From assembly GCA_028715175.1 (NCBI GenBank), contig JAQUSJ010000002.1, positions 22,285 to 86,284 on the forward strand: 64,000 nucleotides of DNA, read 5' to 3'. Below the pieces are notes generated by a model. That model was not told where the DNA came from and did not search any database. It was given only the letters and a program-made list of their open reading frames with translations. Positions 36,801 to 45,100 of the stretch are shown here, piece after piece. This DNA is from Candidatus Daviesbacteria bacterium. Its GTDB lineage: Bacteria > Patescibacteriota > Microgenomatia > Daviesbacterales > UBA10151. Within the stretch, counting starts at the first letter, position 1. The number at the start of each line of letters is the position of its first letter. A program made the translations under genes and the position numbers.

Positions 36801-36856
36801 TTGTTTTGGAAGACGGTACTTCGGGCTGGGTATCCAAACAATATATCAGCTTCTAG
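33803..36856 (+). CDS. large secreted / membrane-anchored surface protein (1017 aa) with a Sec signal peptide, tandem peptide repeats, coiled coils, two C-proximal TM helices and two C-terminal SH3b-like domains
   Basis: Signal peptide 'AILTVAALVFVKSTEA'; ~16-aa 'TRTLSGFGTLV' repeats; 8-aa 'SDVSxxKS' repeats (24-bp DNA tandems at ~34497-34620); 'GWVQIVLEDGTSGWV' SH3b. Confidence 0.7.
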   Translation: MVTAQFAKKAYLAIILTVAALVFVKSTEAASGNTQVCSPGSSCSVGEFLYDDSYSPITTATCTITSRYPDETLFLDSVAMTSSTKNDGWYSKDFTAPATTGIYRTQVCCTPLGGDKLCLDKTFEVKTESTLTSGDVTSAVWDTTRSAHISSGSFGEALVNAVPSVNDVAGAVWGYSGRTLSTFGSLITDIWTNPTRTLSGFGTLVADVWANATRTLTGATLSSGSLATKSNVDSVASDVSSTKSDVTTVKSDVSTIKSDVSDLKTDISSLKSTSSTTNITNIQNTTNTTNNLLEQLINRPIIENELEESNVTTTELQTKLEKSDSLANQLLTSSGYVKSKTSLLKARWNSLGEDEITKSLGQLEAVVGKEDETSEANSIFGQLNWITGQWDLPISSKLYVQNKKIALSLKKVNSAQQLKVLSSDLDNFIKLVGTQSDSPKSNTLFGALKGQKELLSFLDRNYTDATTLLSDLTKNSKPQTDLVGQINSLSKQVATVNQLPKMNKTILAEAANTKMDQKQLKNKALSLRGVVQANRQLLAQGPNQPLSSLWLEEGSIVFKTLISNPSKSISQKIPLKYYLPKEVTKENITKTDEGLTVNYDMEKDQYFVSGNFTIDPGETKTLAVTVDDSAFYINDAEIATMRKQVEELSKPLNNTAYFAQGVTLKTDIDASLDKVDSLQKNNTTPEARIRSYREAQIEYKVAKEKLEKLKELATSAGSVGTLFGFVGGAQTLAVWGLIIIMTAGFVFLALYMRTLKTNELYLDQRNQKLTPIVDSFENYEETLNEEKPQPLLHPKKRFYLGKPVHLAVVIIAVCIIGGGSVYALGTLRQRQVRHEIAQTTPQGVLGSSNENIASDSSRLDQDSYREVTILVPDDSTVTIQSQPSINSPVLTSLKASKKAKEIKREDIWVKVALQDSEAKFIEGWVDGDFVEEVEKKQSLDSDEEQKPQGGLLENQKIVVINNTPTGFLRVRKTPEGEEITKISPGEQYNLVKETIGWVQIVLEDGTSGWVSKQYISF

Positions 36857-36859
36857 CTT

Positions 36860-36874
36860 AGGGGTTCAACCCCT
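36860..36874. repeat. AGGGGTTCAACCCCT palindrome, copy 5 (opposite orientation of the centre base)
   Basis: Exact match 4 nt after the stop of the 1017-aa gene. Confidence 0.8.
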
Positions 36875-37262
36875 AAATGAATGTGTTGTAAAAGTAATGT
36901 ATCGACATTGCCACAACCACTCCAATCAACAGAAACCACTTATGCTTAAAGGTAGAAATAAGCATTATAAACATAGTCAGACTATGTAAAATACTAGTCA
37001 GAATAAATCTTGTAAGTAAAGTTGAAAGATCTCCTACCAAGGCTATATTTAAGGTGTAAAGAACGGTTTCGGAAAAGGTAAATAGTAAAGCGGCTGCCAA
37101 AACAACTTTGACTTGTATATTCCTCCTGGCACAATCTATAGCAAAAAATACCAAAAAGCCTTTCACTATTTCCTCAATAATATAAGGATAAGGCAGCAAA
37201 AGCTCGATAGGCCAGATAATAAACGGAGTAATAGCAGCTACTAACGGAATCAAAAAAGACAT
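36873..37262 (-). CDS. small polytopic membrane protein, possibly CPBP-family (CAAX protease-like)
   Basis: 'EEIVKG', '...LHS', 'HYFYN' are spaced like CPBP motifs 1-3; a weak call. Confidence 0.35.
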   Translation of the reverse strand: MSFLIPLVAAITPFIIWPIELLLPYPYIIEEIVKGFLVFFAIDCARRNIQVKVVLAAALLFTFSETVLYTLNIALVGDLSTLLTRFILTSILHSLTMFIMLISTFKHKWFLLIGVVVAMSIHYFYNTFI

Positions 37263-37420
37263 TACTCTTTAGAATCGTCTTTACCTTGCAAGGCTTTTCT
37301 TAGTTCTCTGATCGCTTCTCCTAAACCTTTAGCAAATTCGGGAAGTTTTTTCCCGCCAAAAATAAGCAGTATAACAGCAGCAATAATTAATATTTCTGTT
37401 AATCCGATACCTCTAAACAT
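37262..37420 (-). CDS. tatA: twin-arginine translocase subunit TatA paralog (52 aa; not in the ORF track)
   Basis: Reverse translation '[52 protein letters not shown]'; SD 'aaggaggctgct' precedes the ATG. Confidence 0.7.
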   Translation of the reverse strand: MFRGIGLTEILIIAAVILLIFGGKKLPEFAKGLGEAIRELRKALQGKDDSKE

Positions 37421-37440
37421 AGCAGCCTCCTTTCTTTAAG

Positions 37441-38190
37441 TTACAACAAATGAGACTTCAAAACGTATCTATTTAATAATAGGGTAAGTTCAAAAAGAAG
37501 TGCAAGTGGCAAAAACAACAGCACCAAAGATAAAAGATCGGTTGGGGGTAAAAGCGCTGCAAAAATTAAAGATAATATGTAAACGAGAAGACGTTTTTTT
37601 ACAATAGCATGATATTTAAGAATTTTCAGTTTCATTAAAATTGTTAAGACAACTGGAAATTCAAATGCCAGTCCCATTAACAAAGCGGTAGTCAAAATTT
37701 GGGAAAGCAGTTTGCTGATATCCAGCAAATTGCCAATATTAAGTTCAACCGATTTCTGGAAGAAAATAATTACCACATATTTCATAATTAATACTCCAAA
37801 AATGAATCCGGATATAAAAAGAAGGAGGGTAATTGGCAACAGGGCCAATACGGCTTTATATTCGGATCTACGAAGGGCTGGTTTTAAAAAGCTTAAAATT
37901 TGAAAAATAACAATGGGTAAAATGGCAATAAATCCAACCAGTAAAGCCGAGTCAACAGCCAGAGTGAAGAATTGAAAAGGAGAAGTAAAAACTATGTTTA
38001 CGCCTTTAAGGTCGAAAATTCTCAAAACGAAACGGATTATGTTTTCATAATATATAAAACCAACTACGGCACAGATTATAAAAACTGATAAAGTAAAAAT
38101 TAGCCTTTTTCTAATCTCTGAAAAAAAGGGTGAATATTTAATGATTGTGGAGTCTAAATCTCCTGTTATCGAAGCTTCAGATGCCATCAT
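37441..38190 (-). CDS. tatC: twin-arginine translocase subunit TatC (start taken at 'MMASE...'; the ORF-track start is 38244)
   Basis: 'FSEIRKRLIF' N-terminal TatC motif and six TM helices. Confidence 0.8.
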   Translation of the reverse strand: MMASEASITGDLDSTIIKYSPFFSEIRKRLIFTLSVFIICAVVGFIYYENIIRFVLRIFDLKGVNIVFTSPFQFFTLAVDSALLVGFIAILPIVIFQILSFLKPALRRSEYKAVLALLPITLLLFISGFIFGVLIMKYVVIIFFQKSVELNIGNLLDISKLLSQILTTALLMGLAFEFPVVLTILMKLKILKYHAIVKKRLLVYILSLIFAALLPPTDLLSLVLLFLPLALLFELTLLLNRYVLKSHLL

Positions 38191-38449
38191 CTTCTGCCTT
38201 CTTCTCGATATCAAAAGTTCTTTTAATATTTTTATTGGTTTCATCCGTTGCGCTTATAATTTCCTTCTTGGCTTTCTCTAATTCTTTATCTGTTTCATCG
38301 ATTGCATTGCTGAACTCTTTTTTTGCCTTTTTCAATTCTCTCCCCGCTTCCCCAAGTCCCTTAGCCCATTCGGTCAGCTTTTTACTGCCAAAAAGGAAAA
38401 GTATAATCAGAGCGATGATTAGTATTTCTTTAGATCCTAAGTTAAACAT
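38177..38449 (-). CDS. tatB: TatA/TatB-family protein (90 aa)
   Basis: 'FNLGSKEILIIALIILFLFGSKKLTEWAKGLGEAGRELKKA' followed by a charged tail. Confidence 0.7.
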   Translation of the reverse strand: MFNLGSKEILIIALIILFLFGSKKLTEWAKGLGEAGRELKKAKKEFSNAIDETDKELEKAKKEIISATDETNKNIKRTFDIEKKAEDDGI

Positions 38450-38532
38450 TGTTATTTAATCTTATATTAGATCAATATCTTTTAGAAATGCAAGCTAGAT
38501 TTTTGTATGAATTCAGTTTTCCCCGGCGGATT

Positions 38533-38600
38533 TGTCATTCTGAGGCTGAAAGCCGAAGAATATAACTGAAATTATATCCTTCGCTACGCTCAGGATGACA
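38533..38600. repeat. ~68-bp palindromic MITE-like element (family 'TGTCATYCTGAG...GCGAAG.../...CTTCGC...CTCAGRATGACA'), intergenic copy
   Basis: Arms TGTCATTCTGAGG / GCTCAGGATGACA, inner arms GCCGAAGAATATA / TATATCCTTCGC. Confidence 0.7.
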
Positions 38601-39112
38601 GTTTACTGGAAAATACTGAATAGTTACAGATTTTTTTGGTAAGCTCCATCCAGACAAAAAAGACCGTGGTGCGATAAAAAATAGTAAAAAAAGTAATACT
38701 TTTTTATATATAGATATCTTAAGTTATACTTTGATATATTATCCTTCAACAATAATTTCAGGTACAATTCCAGCTCTTGCAGTTTAGCTACAATCTAAGA
38801 TATAATCCATAAATCGCCTTTGTCAAAAACTGTCATTTAGACACTTTTTGCAAGCGATCTCGCGCCAGAAGAAAGGAGGGCGCTCCGATTGGCCAAAAAG
38901 GGTAATCGAAATTTATTCATATTTCAATGTTCTTCCTGTAAAAACAGAAATTACACTGCTACCAGAAATACGGTAAACATTAAGGAAAAGCTCGCTTTAA
39001 ACAAATTTTGTAAACATTGCCGGAAAACCACTCCCCACAACGAAGTCAAGCTTTAACTTCTTTTCTGCTTATTGACTTTTAATTATCGAACCTACTACTA
39101 TAATCATATAAC

Positions 39113-39778
39113 ATGCCCTACCCAATCGATATAAAAGAAAAAGCTTTTATTCTTCGAAAACAAGGATATTCAATAAAAGAAGTCGCAGCTAAACTTAGCA
39201 TTGCACAGAGCACCTCTTCGGTATGGTTATCACAGATCATTCTTTCTGCTTCAGCTCAGAAGCGTTTAGAAAAGCGGAAAATCCTTGGTCAATACAAAAG
39301 TATCTTTATTAGAAAAACTGCTCGAGAAAAGCATAGGGCAATTTTAGAAAAAACAGCTACCGAGATGTTATCTACCATTCCTCTATCTCAAACTCTTGCT
39401 AAGCTTTGCTGTGCTTTAATTTGGTGGTGCGAGGGAAATAAAAATACAACTTCAGTAAAATTTACAAGTTCTGACCCCACTCTTATAAGAAACTTTCTTT
39501 ATCTTTTTAGGGCTGGTTTCAAGATAGATGAGTCTAAATTCCGGGCTTTAGTGCATTTACATGAATATCACAATAATAAAACTCAAAAACAATTTTGGAG
39601 TAATATAGCGAGTATTCCTCTAACGCAATTTCATAGAAGTTATTTGAAACCAAACACTGGAAAAAGAATTAAGGAAAATTATCCGGGCTGCCTTGCTTTA
39701 GTATATTATGACGCTAGCATTGCTAAGGAACTTGAGGCAATATATAATGTTTTCAGCAAATCTAGGGGCGTCGGTTAA
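39113..39778 (+). CDS. HTH-domain protein, possibly homing-endonuclease-like; its 3' end overlaps tRNA-Trp
   Basis: N-terminal 'LRKQGYSIKEVAAKLSIAQSTS' HTH; the remainder is unassigned ('LCCALIWWCEGNK' is weakly LAGLIDADG-like). Confidence 0.35.
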   Translation: MPYPIDIKEKAFILRKQGYSIKEVAAKLSIAQSTSSVWLSQIILSASAQKRLEKRKILGQYKSIFIRKTAREKHRAILEKTATEMLSTIPLSQTLAKLCCALIWWCEGNKNTTSVKFTSSDPTLIRNFLYLFRAGFKIDESKFRALVHLHEYHNNKTQKQFWSNIASIPLTQFHRSYLKPNTGKRIKENYPGCLALVYYDASIAKELEAIYNVFSKSRGVG

Positions 39779-39834
39779 CGGTAAACCAATGGACTCCAAA
39801 TCCATGACTGAGGGTTCAATTCCTTCCGCCCCTG
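39764..39834 (+). tRNA. tRNA-Trp (anticodon CCA)
   Basis: Acceptor AGGGGCG/CGCCCCT, D GGTT/AACC, anticodon stem ATGGA/TCCAT, loop CTCCAAA, T-arm GAGGG-TTCAATT-CCTTC, discriminator G. Confidence 0.7.
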
Positions 39835-39925
39835 CAAATTGGACAATAATCCGATATAATCAATTCATGAGCACTATTCCGTATTCTCCCAGCGCAACAA
39901 CATGATTGCTTATAAAGACTAACCC

Positions 39926-40114
39926 CTATCTGCCAAAAATTCCCAATCCCAAAAGGCCTATTATAATAAGATAAAATGCCACAAAATAATTCAAAAAACT
40001 GGGAAATATCAAAATTAAAATTCCAAATAATAATGCCGACAAGGCTGACATATTACCTAGCGTAATAAGATTCATTTTTCTCACCTCCTTAATATAAAAA
40101 TTAGGGCGGCTCAT
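39926..40114 (-). CDS. small hydrophobic protein (two TM helices)
   Basis: ORF only. Confidence 0.3.
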   Translation of the reverse strand: MSRPNFYIKEVRKMNLITLGNMSALSALLFGILILIFPSFLNYFVAFYLIIIGLLGLGIFGR

Positions 40115-40156
40115 GTTGCACCGAAGTCAACCCAAGCCACCCTTAATTCAGGAAAC

Positions 40157-40456
40157 CTACATACCGCCATATGAAAGCCTATTCGCGCTTTCCTCCTTCT
40201 TTTCTCCTTCCTCTTCCGTGCCTTTAGTTCTTGTCCCCTCTTCTCCTTCTTCTTGTTTCATTCCTTCTTTTTCCTCAGATTCCTTACCTTCTCCTTTATC
40301 ATCATTTCCTTTGTCTGTTGGCATAATTTTCACCCCCTTTCTAATATACTGATGGAGACTTAGCGTCTTTTGATCTAGCTTCTGAAAGTCCAATTGCGAT
40401 TGCCTGCTTTCTGCTCTTAACAGTTTTACCAGATCTATCTGATTTAAGAGATCCAC
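40157..40456 (-). CDS. hypothetical Glu/Lys/Gly-rich low-complexity protein
   Basis: ORF only; compositionally biased. Confidence 0.25.
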   Translation of the reverse strand: MDLLNQIDLVKLLRAESRQSQLDFQKLDQKTLSLHQYIRKGVKIMPTDKGNDDKGEGKESEEKEGMKQEEGEEGTRTKGTEEEGEKKEESANRLSYGGM

Positions 40457-40620
40457 TTTTCATTTTGTGCATTGCCTCTTTCACCCTTTTTGTGCTCCTC
40501 TGCTATATCTAGCCATTATTTTCATCTCTTCCAAAAATTTATACCATGACCACTCCATTAAATCAGTGATAGTTATTACATCTGTAAAGATGGGGAACAA
40601 TTTGTATGAAGAAACGGATC

Positions 40621-41367
40621 CTAAAAATTTACCTTAATCCTGGCTGATTGGACAAACAAAATCTTTGCCTCAGAACTCTTAACCTGAATAGTATATGTTT
40701 TTTGACCGCTAGCTAACTTAAAAGTCCCTGAAGTTTTTACACCAAAGTTGGTTGAAGTAGTATCCAGCTGTGATGATACTGAACTCCCATCCGTCACATT
40801 ATACAACCTTATAGACCCTGTACCGGATGGCTCTGATAATCTGAAATTTGCTTCCAACTGCATGCTGGAATAACCCTCGTAATTATCGGGATTTATTACT
40901 GCCTGATATTCATTTAATGTAGTCCAAGCCTGATCAATCCAAGGTCCACCTCCTGCGCCAAGAGGTATATATAATGGAGATTTAGAAGTTGAACCGGCAG
41001 TCGGGCTTGATTTTTCTAAGGCGCTGACCCGGGCTTTCAACTCTGTAGCAGATGCTTCCAAATCTGAAATCCTTGAATCCGAAGAAGTTGAATTGGCGGT
41101 TTGAGAAGTTTGAGATTTTAAAGAATTTAGCTGGGTAGCAAGTTTAGTTACCAGATCCTCCAAAGCCTTAACTCTATCTTCCAGGCTTGCTCCTGGCAAA
41201 GTGCTTGGCACCTCTATTGGTGTCTGATCCTGTTGACTTGTCTCAGAAGTGGTTAAACTTGCTTTGGTGGAAACATACCGCCAATAGCCTAACCCCCCTA
41301 AAATCAAGACAGGTATTAATATAAAGGGCAGAAACCTAATCACAATTACATCATACCATAACCCCAA
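40621..41367 (-). CDS. membrane-anchored coiled-coil protein with a C-terminal beta domain
   Basis: N-terminal TM helix; heptad-like 'LEDRVKALEDLVTKLATQLNSLK'. Confidence 0.4.
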   Translation of the reverse strand: MGLWYDVIVIRFLPFILIPVLILGGLGYWRYVSTKASLTTSETSQQDQTPIEVPSTLPGASLEDRVKALEDLVTKLATQLNSLKSQTSQTANSTSSDSRISDLEASATELKARVSALEKSSPTAGSTSKSPLYIPLGAGGGPWIDQAWTTLNEYQAVINPDNYEGYSSMQLEANFRLSEPSGTGSIRLYNVTDGSSVSSQLDTTSTNFGVKTSGTFKLASGQKTYTIQVKSSEAKILFVQSARIKVNF

Positions 41368-41409
41368 TAGCTTGACTTTAGGCTCATAGTATGCTAAACT
41401 ACACAGCTT

Positions 41410-42081
41410 ATGATAAAAAAGCCTTTTCAGGCTCTAGCTATTCTCCCTTTTGCTTTTGGTTCACTCTTAGGGGATGGCAGCAGTCAACAATTTGTCAGTC
41501 CTTTCACAGGCCAGTATTTGCTGGCTCAAAAAGAGATGTCTCTTACTAACCGCTATGCAGATAAGTTTGTCAACAATGTTTTTAAAGACAATATCCTGTT
41601 AAATTTGGCCTACCTTGGCGATAAGGTAACTTCTTCTAAAGATATTAAATGGGATGAGATTGCCAAGCCGTTTCAATACGAGTTTAAGCTGGAACCAAAG
41701 AAAACTTTTGCTTTTCATAGCGATGTCCAGGCTAAATTCCAAAATAGTTTAGTCAAAACCACCAATGCTCATTTTAATGCTCAAGAGGGCTTTAAAACAG
41801 ACGGGTATTTATTCGGGGACGGAGTTTGTCATTTGGCATCTTTAATTAACTGGGCAGCCAGGGAAGCAGGGTTAGAAGTAGAGGCCCCGACCAACCACAA
41901 TTTTGCCAATATTCCTGATGTTCCAAAAGAATACGGAGTTTCTATTTATTCAAACCCGTGGTCCCGAGGTTCAAATGCGCTTCAAAACCTTTATATTACT
42001 AATAACAAAACTAAACCAGTAGCTTTTAGGTTTGCATACCAGGATAATAAAGTTAAAGTATCTGTAGTTGAGTTAAATTAA
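41410..42081 (+). CDS. VanW-like domain protein (secreted)
   Basis: Signal peptide; 'GDGVCHLASLINWAAREAGL' resembles the VanW 'GGGVCQVSSTLYNA' motif. Confidence 0.45.
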   Translation: MIKKPFQALAILPFAFGSLLGDGSSQQFVSPFTGQYLLAQKEMSLTNRYADKFVNNVFKDNILLNLAYLGDKVTSSKDIKWDEIAKPFQYEFKLEPKKTFAFHSDVQAKFQNSLVKTTNAHFNAQEGFKTDGYLFGDGVCHLASLINWAAREAGLEVEAPTNHNFANIPDVPKEYGVSIYSNPWSRGSNALQNLYITNNKTKPVAFRFAYQDNKVKVSVVELN

Positions 42082-42119
42082 GCTTTACAAATACATATCC
42101 CCTATCTTAATATGAGATT

Positions 42120-43466
42120 ATGTCTCAAGATGAAGCTGTGCCACAGGAACACCCCAAAGAACATCACGATCATGCAATTTTAAAATTCCCGGAAGGATTT
42201 TTGTGGGGCACAGCCACTTCTGCTCATCAGGTAGAGGGAAATAATATTCACAGCGACTGGTGGGAGTGGGAACAAACTCATCAACCGCCCCATTTGCGCT
42301 CAGGAAAGAGTTGTGACCAGTACCATTTATATGAACAGGATTTTGAACTGGCCAAAGAGTTAAATCATAATGCTCACCGCTTATCTATTGAATGGTCCAG
42401 GATTGAGCCTATTGAAGGGCAATTTGATACAGCTGAAATTGAACACTACAAAAAAGTCTTAAAGGCTTTAAAAGACCGCAAACTAACAGTCATGTTAACT
42501 CTCTGGCACTGGACTTTACCGAAGTGGGTGGCTGATAAAGGCGGTTGGGAAAATGGGGCAACTGTTAAATATTTTGAAAGGTTTGTCAGAAGAATCGTTC
42601 CCGAGATCTCGGAATTCGTTGATTTATGGGTAACCTTGAATGAACCTGGAGTGTATATTTATGAAACATACATTGAAAGGATTTGGCCTCACTCAAAAAA
42701 AAGCTGGGTTGGACAAGTCAAAGCTTATTTAAACCTGGTTTCTGCTCACAAAAGAGTCTACAAATACCTGCACTCAAGCTTCCCGGCCGGTAAACCGGTT
42801 GGCGTTGCCAATAATATACTTTCTTTTGAAGTCTATCATAAACATTCCATCGTCGAACAAATGGCAGTTGCTTTAAACGATCTTTTTGTTAACCATTTGT
42901 TTTATTTCTTAACCCGGGGCAGCCATGATTTCCTGGGAATTAATTACTATTTTAATATCCGTCTCAAAGGCAATAATTTGATATCTCAGAATGTGGGTCT
43001 GACACAGCAAACTCATGAAGTCTCTGATTTAGGTTGGGAGATTCATCCCGAAGGCATCTTTGAAGTTTTAACCGACCTGTCTGATGATTTACCTATCTAC
43101 ATTACCGAGTGTGGAATTGCTTCCACCAATGACGACAGAAGAAATCGCTTTTTAATTTCTTATTTGCAAGAAGTAGCCAGAGCCATTAAAGCCGGAGTTA
43201 ATGTCAGAGGATTCTTTTACTGGTCGCTGCTGGATAATTTTGAATGGCATTTGGGCTTTGAACCCAGGTTTGGGCTGGTGGAAATAGATTATACCAACTT
43301 AGAGCGCCATATCCGACCTTCAGCGCTGGTTTATACGGACATTATTCAACACAACGGCATTCCCCACTCCCTCCTCCGGTTCATCGGGCACACAGTCCAG
43401 GCAGAAGAAGTTTTGGAAAAAAGACAAAAAGAGATAGAAAAGGAGATAGAAAAGAAAAACAAATAG
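42120..43466 (+). CDS. glycoside hydrolase family 1 beta-glucosidase
   Basis: 'FLWGTATSAHQVEG' GH1 N-terminal signature; 'TLNEP' acid/base and 'YITECG' nucleophile. Confidence 0.85.
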   Translation: MSQDEAVPQEHPKEHHDHAILKFPEGFLWGTATSAHQVEGNNIHSDWWEWEQTHQPPHLRSGKSCDQYHLYEQDFELAKELNHNAHRLSIEWSRIEPIEGQFDTAEIEHYKKVLKALKDRKLTVMLTLWHWTLPKWVADKGGWENGATVKYFERFVRRIVPEISEFVDLWVTLNEPGVYIYETYIERIWPHSKKSWVGQVKAYLNLVSAHKRVYKYLHSSFPAGKPVGVANNILSFEVYHKHSIVEQMAVALNDLFVNHLFYFLTRGSHDFLGINYYFNIRLKGNNLISQNVGLTQQTHEVSDLGWEIHPEGIFEVLTDLSDDLPIYITECGIASTNDDRRNRFLISYLQEVARAIKAGVNVRGFFYWSLLDNFEWHLGFEPRFGLVEIDYTNLERHIRPSALVYTDIIQHNGIPHSLLRFIGHTVQAEEVLEKRQKEIEKEIEKKNK

Positions 43467-43530
43467 CTTTCAGTCGTCAGTCGTCAGATTTTAAGTCTGA
43501 CAGCTGAAAGCTGATAGCTGACGACTATTT
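43467..43530. repeat. heptamer-array hairpin element, copy 5
   Basis: 'ctttcagtcgtcagtcgtcagat' - 'tttaa' - 'gtctgacagctgaaagctgatagctgacgactattt' then ATG. Confidence 0.85.
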
Positions 43531-44433
43531 ATGTCCCACATACCCTTTACCATAACAGCCTATTTTTTCAATGCCTTGGCAGTTTTAGCCAACAAATTTT
43601 TGCTTAATAAAACCATTCCAGATCCTTTAATTTACATCTTTTATATTAGCCTGATCTCTTTACTGGCAATTCTAGCTTTACCTTTTACCCATATTCCTAA
43701 TTTAGAAGCTTTTACCCAGGCTTCAGTGTCCACCATTCTTTGGACCGCTGGAGCGTATTTTATGTTTAAAGCCCTAAAAATCGGCCAGGTTTCCCGGGTC
43801 ATCCCAATTATCGGCACGCTTATTCCCCTGATCCTTTTGATCTTTGCCTCGCAAACTTATGCCATCTCACAGACCCAAACCTGGGCGGTTTTGATCCTGA
43901 CAGCAGGCATGATTTTTTTAACTATGCAGGATATTTTACAAGGAAGCTTAAATAAACGGGAAATTGTCTTTGAAGTTTTATCTGCTGTCAGCTTTGCCAT
44001 ATCCTACATTATTCTAAGACAGGCATATCTTCAGCTAGACTTTTTTTCTGTGTTGGTTTGGTCAAGATTAATCCTGCTTCCATTTATTCTCATAGTGCTT
44101 CTGATCCCGACTTTACGCAGAAAAATTATCACCCCTGCCGGCTTACAAATCAATTTTTTCTCTAAAGAAGGCCTGGTATTTTTGGGAGGGCAAGCCAGCG
44201 GGGCCATTTCGGAATTTTTGATTCTTTTCTCAATTTCTCTGGCAAATCCGGCTTTGGTAAATTCCTTGCAAGGTACTCAGTATGTATTTTTGTTTATCCT
44301 GGCCATATTTTTATCCAAAAAATACCCCGCTATTTTTCAGGAAAAATATAATATTCTGAATGTATCTTCTAAAGTTGTAGGGATAGGTTTAATAGGAATC
44401 GGCCTCTACTTACTGACATTATCCGGAAGTTAA
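43531..44433 (+). CDS. EamA/DMT-family transporter (10 TM)
   Basis: Two five-TM repeats with Gly-rich helices. Confidence 0.6.
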   Translation: MSHIPFTITAYFFNALAVLANKFLLNKTIPDPLIYIFYISLISLLAILALPFTHIPNLEAFTQASVSTILWTAGAYFMFKALKIGQVSRVIPIIGTLIPLILLIFASQTYAISQTQTWAVLILTAGMIFLTMQDILQGSLNKREIVFEVLSAVSFAISYIILRQAYLQLDFFSVLVWSRLILLPFILIVLLIPTLRRKIITPAGLQINFFSKEGLVFLGGQASGAISEFLILFSISLANPALVNSLQGTQYVFLFILAIFLSKKYPAIFQEKYNILNVSSKVVGIGLIGIGLYLLTLSGS

Positions 44434-44451
44434 TTATTTATTACTCAGAAA

Positions 44452-45036
44452 TTACTTAGAAGAGCTTAGTAAGTAATTTGCATCAATCGCACAAACTTGA
44501 TCAGGTTTTGGAGTTTTACCATTTTCCCACATTGCACCTGTGGCGTCAGCACAGTTAAAAACTCCCCATAAATCTTTTTCCTGATAGCCAGACCTTTCTA
44601 CATTTGTCAAAATAACATTATTAACTATACCATCTTGAATAATTTGACCAATAACTCTACCTGTAGGTTCGCTTGAAACTCCTCCTGTAGGATGATCTCG
44701 GATATCAACAAGAGTTCCTTTATCCTTCATTTCATATTGTCCCCTTAAATCTGCTCCTGCAGCCACAATTCTCACTTCAGAATAATATTTCTCACCAGGA
44801 AGCATGCTACTAGGGTCGTTTAATTTTTCTCTCATTGTTGCAGCCCAACTGGAAACCTGTTGATTTCTTTGATGTTCGTGCAATGCAAGAATTCCGCAAT
44901 ATGCTAAACCACCAAGAACAACAACTGCTAAAATCTCCCGCAAGTGAGCGGCAAATTCATGACCAATTCCAGATCTACTTCCAGATCTTCTAATTTCTGG
45001 TAGATATCTAGCTCTTTCCATAATGGGTATAATCAT
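44452..45036 (-). CDS. hypothetical membrane-anchored protein (194 aa)
   Basis: ORF with one TM helix. Confidence 0.35.
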   Translation of the reverse strand: MIIPIMERARYLPEIRRSGSRSGIGHEFAAHLREILAVVVLGGLAYCGILALHEHQRNQQVSSWAATMREKLNDPSSMLPGEKYYSEVRIVAAGADLRGQYEMKDKGTLVDIRDHPTGGVSSEPTGRVIGQIIQDGIVNNVILTNVERSGYQEKDLWGVFNCADATGAMWENGKTPKPDQVCAIDANYLLSSSK

Positions 45037-45100
45037 ACACTATGGGATTTAATTTGTCAAGTAAACTTCCCTCTTGTGAGAATCAAGTAAATCTTTTAGA

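Noticed and set aside
34003-36837. ORFs 34003-34983(-), 34494-34721(+), 36382-36837(-) inside the 1017-aa gene
   Set aside because: They are antisense or alternate-frame products of a repeat-rich, compositionally biased gene; the forward frame has coherent domain architecture.
38601-39112. ~500-bp non-coding gap searched for RNase P, tmRNA, SRP or 6S RNA signatures
   Set aside because: No conserved core motifs were recognisable by eye (for example RNase P P4 'AGGGUGAAA...ACAGAA', or the tmRNA tRNA-like end). It would need an Infernal/Rfam scan.
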